The position numbers were made by a program, and so were the translations under genes. The notes under the pieces were generated by a model, which searched no databases, had not been told where the DNA came from, and saw only the letters and a program-made list of their open reading frames with translations. DNA of 64,000 bases from an uncultured Candidatus Saccharibacteria bacterium (GTDB taxonomy: Bacteria > Patescibacteriota > Minisyncoccia > Phycocordibacterales > JAKAEA01), in contig CAZNZK010000003.1 in the NCBI GenBank assembly GCA_964577595.1, positions 4,261 to 68,260 on the forward strand. Reading direction: 5' to 3'. Positions 57,508-64,000 of this stretch are shown in pieces (the stretch's first letter is position 1; each line of letters starts with the position of its first letter).

Positions 57508-58434
57508 ATGTTCTGGACTACCAACAAACGCATCATTAAAGCCGGCTTCGTCAATTTTTGGCGCAATGGTTTTGTATCGCTTTCTTCTATTGTGGTGATG
57601 ACGGTGACATTGCTGGTCATTATCGCTGCGCTTTTTGCCAGCATTATTTTGAATGCAACGCTGACCCAGGTGAAAAGCCAGGTTGATATCACCGTTTATT
57701 TTGTCACGTCTGCCAATGAAAACGACATTTTAGCTTTGCAGAAATCAGTGCAAGCCCTGCCTGAAGTGGCCAGCGCCACCTATATCTCTGCCGATGAAGC
57801 TTTGGCTAATTTTAAGAATCGCCACTCCTCAGATGCCCTTACCCTGCAAGCGCTGGATGAAATCAGCGACAATCCGCTTGGTGCCGAGCTCAATATAAAA
57901 GCCAATGATCCTTCGCAATATGCCGACATTGCCACCTTCCTGCAATCTAAAAGCGTTTCCGCCACCAACGGTTTACCGATAGTTGACACTATCAATTACA
58001 ACCAGAACCAGGCGGCGATTGATAAGCTCACCGAGCTCATTGCCGGCAGTCAGCGTGTGGCATTCATTATTATCATCGGCATGGTTTTGCTCTCCTTGCT
58101 CATTACCTACAACACTATCCGCCTGGCTATTCACGCTTCGCGCGAGGAAATCGCCGTGGAGCGGCTGGTGGGCGCCAGCTCGCGCTTCGTACGCGGGCCG
58201 TTTGTTATTGTTGGCATCATGGCCGGCATTATTTCGGCCATAGCCAGCGCGGCTGTTCTTTTTCCGGCCACCTATTATCTGGGCCGGGCCACCGCCAGCT
58301 TTTTTATAGGCTTTGACGTTTTCCAATACTATCAGGCTAATTTTTCCCAGGTCTTCCTTGTCCTCCTGGCCGGTGGTATTGTTATTGGCGGCATTTCAAG
58401 TTGGCTTGCGGTGCGGCGGTACCTACAAGTGTGA
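57508..58434 (+). CDS. ftsX: cell-division permease FtsX
   Basis: TM1, a large extracytoplasmic loop, and three C-terminal TMs typical of FtsX. Gene order ftsE-ftsX. Confidence 0.8.
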   Translation: MFWTTNKRIIKAGFVNFWRNGFVSLSSIVVMTVTLLVIIAALFASIILNATLTQVKSQVDITVYFVTSANENDILALQKSVQALPEVASATYISADEALANFKNRHSSDALTLQALDEISDNPLGAELNIKANDPSQYADIATFLQSKSVSATNGLPIVDTINYNQNQAAIDKLTELIAGSQRVAFIIIIGMVLLSLLITYNTIRLAIHASREEIAVERLVGASSRFVRGPFVIVGIMAGIISAIASAAVLFPATYYLGRATASFFIGFDVFQYYQANFSQVFLVLLAGGIVIGGISSWLAVRRYLQV

Positions 58435-58442
58435 AAACCTTA

Positions 58443-58477
58443 GCAAGTTTAAAAATCTTAGCAAGTTTAAAATTTTT
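58443..58477 (+). repeat. 16-bp direct repeat CTTAGCAAGTTTAAAA x2 upstream of pyrG
   Basis: ccttagcaagtttaaaaat/cttagcaagtttaaaat, just before the pyrG start. Confidence 0.6.
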
Positions 58478-58482
58478 CTGAA

Positions 58483-60171
58483 ATGAATAAGAATCACAAA
58501 TACGTTTTTGTGGTCGGCGGCGTCATGAGCGGCGTCGGCAAAGGCATCGCCACCTCCGCCATCGGCCAAATCCTCCAGGCAAAAGGTTTCAGGGTCAATC
58601 CAATCAAGATTGACCCTTATTTAAATGTGGACGCGGGCACCATGAACCCTACTGAACACGGCGAGGTTTTTGTGTTGGATTCCGGCCTGGAAACCGATCA
58701 AGACATGGGCAACTACGAGCGTTTTTTAAATATGGATTTAACCAGCGAGGATTACATGACTAGCGGTATGGTCTATAAGCACGTCATTGAAAAAGAGCGT
58801 AACCTCGGCTACAACGGCAAGTGTGTGGAGGCCATTCCGCACATTACCGGCGACATCACTCGGCGCATCCTTTTGGCCGCGGAAAAGACTCGTTCCGACA
58901 TTTCCCTTATTGAAATTGGCGGCACGGTTGGCGACTATCAAAACATGATGTTTTTGGAAGCGGCGCGTATTTTGCGCTTAAAACACCCCAACAGCGTGTG
59001 CTTCGTGCTGGTGAGTTACTTGCCGGTGCCGGCCAAGCTTGGGGAAATGAAAACCAAGCCGACCCAAACGGCGGTGCGTCAGCTTAATAGTTACGGTATC
59101 CAACCCGATATCATTATTGCCCGTGGCGCTGTGCCGCTAGACGCGCGCCGCAAGGAAAAAATCGGCATTTCCTGCAACGTTACTGGTGAACGGGTTATTT
59201 CCGCGCCCGACATTAGCTCGGTTTATGATGTGCCCATCAATTTTGAAAAGGATAAGCTCGGCGACACCGTGCTTGGTGTGTTGGCGCTAAAGGCAAAAAA
59301 GAATGGCTCAGCCCTTAAAGAATGGAAAAAATTTGTCGTCAAAACCAAAGACACCAAGCATGAAGTGAGAATTGCTGTGGTGGGGAAGTATTTTGATACC
59401 GGTGAATTTGTTCTTTCTGATGCGTATCACTCCGTAATAGAGGCGGTTAAAATTTCCGCCTTCTGGAATAAGGCGCGGCCCGTGCTTACGTGGATTAATG
59501 CCAAGGAATATGAAACCGGCACACGCGATGTGAGCGAGCTGGCCAATTTTGATGGCGTTATTGTGCCGGGTGGTTTCGGTTCCTCTGGTATTGAAGGCGT
59601 TATTTCTGCCATTCAATACGCCCGTGAGCATAAAATTCCGTACTTCGGCTTGTGCTACGGCATGCAGCTCATGGTGGTGGAATACGCGCGCCACGTGGCT
59701 AAAATGAAAAATGCCCACACTACCGAAATTGACCCGGCTACGTCGCAACCCGTCATTGATATTATGCCGGAGCAAAAACAACTTCTCGCCGATGGCCATT
59801 ACGGCGCCAGTATGCGTCTCGGTGCCTACAAGGCCAAGCTTAAGAAGGGTACTATTGCCCGCGACGCGTACGGCAAGGACATTATTTCCGAGCGCCATCG
59901 TCACCGCTACGAAGTCAATCCGAAATTCATTGAAAAAATTACCGCCGCTGGCCTCATTTTTTCCGGTATGTCACCCTCAGGTGAACTCATGGAAATTGCC
60001 GAGCTTCCCACTGAAGCGCATCCATTCATGCTTGGTACGCAATTCCACCCCGAATTCAAATCCCGCCCCCTGGCTCCACATCCTTTATTTAATCGCTTTA
60101 TTGCTGCCGCCATCAAAAACAGCAAATCAGTCCCCGTGCTCACGCCGTTTGTTTCTGTGCGGAGAATGTAA
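58483..60171 (+). CDS. pyrG: CTP synthase
   Basis: N-terminal synthetase domain (VFVVGGVMSGVGKGI..). C-terminal class I glutamine amidotransferase (GLCYGMQ, catalytic His/Glu). Confidence 0.95.
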   Translation: MNKNHKYVFVVGGVMSGVGKGIATSAIGQILQAKGFRVNPIKIDPYLNVDAGTMNPTEHGEVFVLDSGLETDQDMGNYERFLNMDLTSEDYMTSGMVYKHVIEKERNLGYNGKCVEAIPHITGDITRRILLAAEKTRSDISLIEIGGTVGDYQNMMFLEAARILRLKHPNSVCFVLVSYLPVPAKLGEMKTKPTQTAVRQLNSYGIQPDIIIARGAVPLDARRKEKIGISCNVTGERVISAPDISSVYDVPINFEKDKLGDTVLGVLALKAKKNGSALKEWKKFVVKTKDTKHEVRIAVVGKYFDTGEFVLSDAYHSVIEAVKISAFWNKARPVLTWINAKEYETGTRDVSELANFDGVIVPGGFGSSGIEGVISAIQYAREHKIPYFGLCYGMQLMVVEYARHVAKMKNAHTTEIDPATSQPVIDIMPEQKQLLADGHYGASMRLGAYKAKLKKGTIARDAYGKDIISERHRHRYEVNPKFIEKITAAGLIFSGMSPSGELMEIAELPTEAHPFMLGTQFHPEFKSRPLAPHPLFNRFIAAAIKNSKSVPVLTPFVSVRRM

Positions 60172-60214
60172 AGAAGCTTGAAATAAAGCTATTTTTACAG
60201 TATCGTAAGGTCAT

Positions 60215-60285
60215 TGCGGGATCGTCTAATGGTAGGACATATGCCTCTGGAGCATAGTATCTTGGTTCGAGTCCAAGTCCCGCAG
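60215..60285 (+). tRNA. tRNA-Gln (anticodon CUG)
   Basis: Acceptor TGCGGGA/TCCCGCA (U1:A72, as in bacterial tRNA-Gln). Anticodon stem TATGC/GCATA with loop CTCTGGA. T-arm CTTGG-TTCGAGT-CCAAG. Discriminator G. Confidence 0.7.
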
Positions 60286-60313
60286 CCCGTTAATCCAACA
60301 CCCACAGTATGGT

Positions 60314-60613
60314 ATGATTCCAGGGGTGAAATCAATCTTAAAAAAACTATGGAATTGGAAGGTGCTCGTGCCGCTGGCGCTTATTATCTTGGCACTTTTT
60401 GCGGTGGCCGCGTATCAGGTGTATACGCTCAAAATTGCTCACAGTACATTTGAAAACTACTATAATTTCAGGGGCTGTGTTCAACTGCTTGAGCGCACCG
60501 ACACGTATGGTCTCTGTAAGACTTCCTCGGGAGCGGTCATTAAAATTGTGAAGTTTCAAAATAAATGGTATCTGGATGGCGATTTGCCGTATCCGGGTTT
60601 TAATTTTCTATAA
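60314..60613 (+). CDS. hypothetical membrane-anchored small protein (99 aa)
   Basis: N-terminal TM (VLVPLALIILALFAVAAYQVY), then a soluble domain. Confidence 0.45.
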   Translation: MIPGVKSILKKLWNWKVLVPLALIILALFAVAAYQVYTLKIAHSTFENYYNFRGCVQLLERTDTYGLCKTSSGAVIKIVKFQNKWYLDGDLPYPGFNFL

Positions 60614-60675
60614 AGGTCCCAACGTCGTCCCGCACGCCTGGCATTTTTTCCTATCTAAAATGTTAGAATCAGGGC

Positions 60676-61263
60676 ATGACCGACACACGCGTGCTCGTTG
60701 CGATAGTTGCCTCAATTCTGGCTTTCATTGGTAATATTTCTTACATTAAAGATATTTTTAAAGAACGGGTACGGCCGCACCCGTATACGTGGTTTATTTG
60801 GGCTATTGTTTCCATGGTTACTTTTTTCGGAGGATTGGTAAAGGGGGCGGGGATAGGCGCTCTGCCAACTGGTATTTCCGAAGGTTTTACTATTCTGATT
60901 TTTCTTTTTTCGCTTAAATATCTTTTTCAGGGTCAAGTGAGGCATATCCGAAAAATAGATAATTATTTTCTTGTCATCGCTTTTCTCGGCCTCATTCCCT
61001 GGGCGCTAACCAAGGACCCAACTATTTCGGTGGTTATTGTGGTTGCTATGGACGTCGTTGCCTTTATCCCAACTCTTCGTAAAACCTGGACACGTCCTGA
61101 AACAGAGAAGCCGCTTCTTTTTGGTACGAATGTGTTACGACATATTCTCACCCTCTTTTCACTGCAGGCATACAATATTGCTACCACCATTCACTCCGTA
61201 GCCATGATTTGCACGAATACGCTCATGGTAGTATTCATAGCAAGAAAAAAGCGCACCCGATGA
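60676..61263 (+). CDS. hypothetical polytopic membrane protein (195 aa)
   Basis: ORF with at least 5 hydrophobic segments. Stop overlaps the next start (ATGA). Confidence 0.5.
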   Translation: MTDTRVLVAIVASILAFIGNISYIKDIFKERVRPHPYTWFIWAIVSMVTFFGGLVKGAGIGALPTGISEGFTILIFLFSLKYLFQGQVRHIRKIDNYFLVIAFLGLIPWALTKDPTISVVIVVAMDVVAFIPTLRKTWTRPETEKPLLFGTNVLRHILTLFSLQAYNIATTIHSVAMICTNTLMVVFIARKKRTR

Positions 61264-62393
61264 AAACTCCAATCACTCATATTCGTAACTGGTATTTTCG
61301 TTACGAGCGGCCGATTTCGTCGTTGTCGCTCGTGGGCGGTTTCGTTTTTGACGCGCTCACTCTGCAACGCGTTGATTCGTTCTGGGACAACTTGTGGGTG
61401 GTGGGGCATTTCGTTATCATTGGCACGTGCATTATCGTTATCAATTTCCGCGAAAATAAGCGGCTGGCGAAAAGCGGCGGCACGGCGGGCGGAGAACGGG
61501 CGGCGGAGCGGAAAATTGAAGAAGATCGCTGGCATTTTTGGCTCATTCTTGCCTTACAGTTTTTCTTCGGCGGCCTTTTGAGCACGTTTTTGGTGTTTTA
61601 TTTCCGGAGTGGGGCTTGGAGTGTAACCTGGCCGTTCCTTTTACTGCTGGTAGCGGCCTTTGTGGCCAACGAGTCGTTCAAGAAGCACTATGCGCGTTTG
61701 GTATTTCAAATAAGCCTGTTCTACGTCTCGCTCATTTCGTTCGCCATTTTCATCGTGCCGGTGCTGGTGCATGAGATAGGCCCAGGGATTTTCCTTTTGA
61801 GTGGGGCGGTCAGCCTGCTGGCGCTCGGTCTATTTATTTTGTGCTTGCGTTTTTTTGCTAACGAGACGTTCAAAAAAAGCGCCAATTTAGTGCGCGTTTC
61901 GGTGGCGGCGATTTTTGTGGTTACCAATATTCTCTATTTTTTCAATCTCATTCCGCCTCTGCCGCTTTCGCTCAAGGACGGTGGTATCTATCACAGCTTA
62001 ACGCATACGGCCGGCGGCTATACGGTAACCGAAGAGCCTGGTAGTTGGTTTGATTATTTTTCTTTCTCCCAACCGTTCAATGAAGTGGCGGGTAATCCTG
62101 TGTATGCCTATAGCGCCGTGTTTTCTCCGGCCTTACTGGACACAACAATAATCCACGAATGGCAATATTATGACACGGCTACGAGCCGGTGGGTAACGTA
62201 TGGTCGCATACCGCTTACTATTGTGGGCGGCCGGCCGGGCGGCTACAATACTTATTCCATAGAGGACAATGTCGCGCCGGGGGAGTGGCGGGTCAATGTA
62301 GAAACGCAAACCGGCCAAATTATCGGCCGCCTGCGCTTCACGGTCATTGCCGCTACCGCCACGCCGCCACTCATTACTGAAATTAAAAGCTGA
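61260..62393 (+). CDS. hypothetical membrane protein with C-terminal extracytoplasmic domain
   Basis: Start set at MKTPITHIRNW... (ATGA overlap with the upstream gene). 6-7 TM segments, then a 150-aa beta-rich domain. Confidence 0.55.
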   Translation: MKTPITHIRNWYFRYERPISSLSLVGGFVFDALTLQRVDSFWDNLWVVGHFVIIGTCIIVINFRENKRLAKSGGTAGGERAAERKIEEDRWHFWLILALQFFFGGLLSTFLVFYFRSGAWSVTWPFLLLLVAAFVANESFKKHYARLVFQISLFYVSLISFAIFIVPVLVHEIGPGIFLLSGAVSLLALGLFILCLRFFANETFKKSANLVRVSVAAIFVVTNILYFFNLIPPLPLSLKDGGIYHSLTHTAGGYTVTEEPGSWFDYFSFSQPFNEVAGNPVYAYSAVFSPALLDTTIIHEWQYYDTATSRWVTYGRIPLTIVGGRPGGYNTYSIEDNVAPGEWRVNVETQTGQIIGRLRFTVIAATATPPLITEIKS

Positions 62394-62516
62394 TACAATC
62401 AAGCCCCGTGTTTTAAGCTTTTTTGGTGGAATGTCCTCGGTACATCTTAGCTACACAAATAGGGAAATGCTATACTTGTGGTAAGTAATTAATTACTAAT
62501 CATTTTGCCTATTGCC

Positions 62517-64000
62517 ATGAAAAAATACCTTACTATTCTTGCTTTGACGGTTGCGTTTGTTCTGCCGTTTGTCAGCCACGCCCAAACTCTCCCTACCGCC
62601 ATAAAGGTAGTTACTCCTGTAATAGGACAAAACATTAAAGCGGGCGACACGGTTACGGTTAATTGGGTACCACCGGCTATGGCAACAGCTGGTACGCGCG
62701 CAAAAATCACTCTGGAAAGCAGTTTTACTTTACCGATCACGTCGCTCACTTCCTCGGCCTGTACGTCTCATGTCAGCGTTGAGGGTTGGATCCGTATCTC
62801 GGTTTATAACTGCGGTGGTTCTTCGGTCACTTCTCAAAAACAAACTGTTGATCTCGTTACTCTTACCTGCGATGTTACTAGCACACTGTGCCCGCTCCTA
62901 TCGGCGGGTAGTTTCCAGTTTGTTATGCCATCCACGAGCGACATTGTTACTGGCGATTACAAGATCAAGGTTGAATCCCTGGCACCGGACGCGAGTGGTG
63001 CTTCCTATAGCGGCGAAAGTCCCGTCTTTAAAATTACCAGCATCTCAGCGACCCTCTCGGCTTCTCTTTTGGCAAACGGTTCCGCCAGTTCAGTAACGGT
63101 TCCTTACGGCAGTTCCGCCAACTTATCCTGGTCTTCTGCGAATACTTGGGGCTGTTCCGTAACATATCCGTCTCAAAACACTGATAACACCGTTAGTTCG
63201 GTGACACTCGGGGTAGGTGGTTCCGGCACGCAAACAACCGCTCCATTAACGTCGGCAACGTATGTGCCAGCGCTTTCATGTCAAGACAATCAAGGCCACA
63301 CAGCTAAAAGCTCGGTAATCATAAATGTCACTCAACCAACGCTCATACTGAGTAAGAGTACTACTCCACTCGCGTGCACGGCTCTTTCAAATGACATCGT
63401 GGTTGGCGCCGTAAATTCCGACGTGTCCCTGGTGCAGAAGTTTCTGGCCGCCGAAGGATATTACAGTGGCGCACAGGGAATCGTTTTGGACGCCACTACC
63501 CAAAATGCTCTCAAGGCGTTTCAAAAGGCAAATAAGCTTACGGTGACAGGCGCTCTCTTCTCTGGCGATCGGGCCGCACTACGGGCGGCAAGTTGCTCTG
63601 TCGCGGTGCCTGAAAACACCTCGTCGGCCGTGACTGCCAACCTTACTCAGGGTCAGCCACAAGATACGACCTCCACGCTTGATAGTATCTCGGCAAGCGG
63701 TATTGTCCGGGGAACCATAAAAACACCCGGCACTTCTTTCATAGGAACGGTTACTATTGATAGTGACTCCGCGGATACTTTTGCCGGCAATGGCAGTTCC
63801 TACTCATATCAAATTCCTCAAAAATATTTTGACGGTCAGCCGCACACCATCACTATCAAACACCTTACTCTTGGATTCCCGGTGGTGACGGGTTCACCTA
63901 AAGTATTCGTTCTATCCGCTTCCACGTTGTCTTCGCCAAGCGGGGTGTTTTTAGCGAGTACACCACTTAGTGGCGACACTTCAGACACAGTGACTCCCGG
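62517..64000 (+). CDS. secreted protein with peptidoglycan-binding domain (partial, runs off window end)
   Basis: Hand translation from ATG 62517 is open to the window end (at least 494 codons). Not in the track because no stop is reached. Signal peptide MKKYLTILALTVAFVLPFVSHA. A PG_binding_1-like block ..LVQKFLAAEGYYSGAQGIVLDATTQNALKAFQKANKLTVTG.. Confidence 0.6.
   Translation, partial: MKKYLTILALTVAFVLPFVSHAQTLPTAIKVVTPVIGQNIKAGDTVTVNWVPPAMATAGTRAKITLESSFTLPITSLTSSACTSHVSVEGWIRISVYNCGGSSVTSQKQTVDLVTLTCDVTSTLCPLLSAGSFQFVMPSTSDIVTGDYKIKVESLAPDASGASYSGESPVFKITSISATLSASLLANGSASSVTVPYGSSANLSWSSANTWGCSVTYPSQNTDNTVSSVTLGVGGSGTQTTAPLTSATYVPALSCQDNQGHTAKSSVIINVTQPTLILSKSTTPLACTALSNDIVVGAVNSDVSLVQKFLAAEGYYSGAQGIVLDATTQNALKAFQKANKLTVTGALFSGDRAALRAASCSVAVPENTSSAVTANLTQGQPQDTTSTLDSISASGIVRGTIKTPGTSFIGTVTIDSDSADTFAGNGSSYSYQIPQKYFDGQPHTITIKHLTLGFPVVTGSPKVFVLSASTLSSPSGVFLASTPLSGDTSDTVTP

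Noticed and set aside
60214-60453. 79-aa ORF starting at 60214
   Set aside because: Begins inside tRNA-Gln (..MPLEHSILVRVQVPQP.. is tRNA T-arm translation). No SD.
62770-63096. 108-aa ORF inside the terminal secreted-protein gene
   Set aside because: Different frame from a 494-codon open frame with signal peptide and peptidoglycan-binding domain. Leu/Arg-rich off-frame.

Overview
The window is a 64 kb bacterial chromosomal segment, about 50% GC over most of its length, with the gene repertoire of a small-genome Patescibacteria/CPR-like organism; that lineage call is inference. TGA is used as a stop codon, so genetic code 11 applies rather than a UGA-recoded code. The repertoire is a large type IV pilus/competence supercluster, FtsH, RecG, LigA, GatCA, LysS, PyrG, FtsEX, RF2, ten tRNAs and a tmRNA, alongside many hypothetical proteins.

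Main blocks:
- 1-6311: a visibly AT-rich island of unknown cargo genes that ends in a large serine recombinase. The recombinase ORF runs into the 3' end of an ssrA (tmRNA) gene on the opposite strand, and smpB lies next to it. This is a classic tmRNA-targeted integrative element. It also carries a 600-bp non-coding stretch with iteron-like AATAACAG repeats.
- 6.7-19 kb: housekeeping genes (ftsH, a two-component pair, recG, glycosylase) plus tRNA-Ile(UAU) and tRNA-Ser.
- 19.3-39.6 kb: comFC, pilM-N-O, pilB, receiver, pilT, pilC, RhuM, a GT2 glycosyltransferase, major pilin, a GT-C membrane glycosyltransferase, pilD, four minor pilins and a 1232-aa surface protein.
- 39.8-41.9 kb: a GC-rich, horizontally acquired-looking Ig-repeat secreted protein on the opposite strand.
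- 42.1-43.9 kb: the strongest candidate for an undescribed system. It is a minimal RiPP-like locus made of a 47-aa Cys/Pro-containing precursor ORF, a perfect 13-bp hairpin, and a radical-SAM enzyme. The enzyme has an N-terminal PqqD-like recognition element, a CxxxCxxC motif and no SPASM/twitch cysteines. A strongly translated 53-aa membrane peptide sits just upstream.
- 44-64 kb: lysS, ligA, an AT-rich NYN-domain insertion, gatCA, a membrane HEPN-like protein, initiator and elongator tRNA-Met, a roughly 430-nt structured non-coding region ending in a strong terminator, tRNA-Asp, a ZIP transporter, a GT4 glycosyltransferase, two tRNA-Thr genes, a GNAT, a short prfB with no frameshift site, ftsEX, pyrG, tRNA-Gln, membrane proteins and a partial secreted peptidoglycan-binding protein.

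Both tRNA-Thr genes are preceded by degenerate copies of their own 5' halves. All coordinates and structures were derived by eye and by hand translation; no searches were run.
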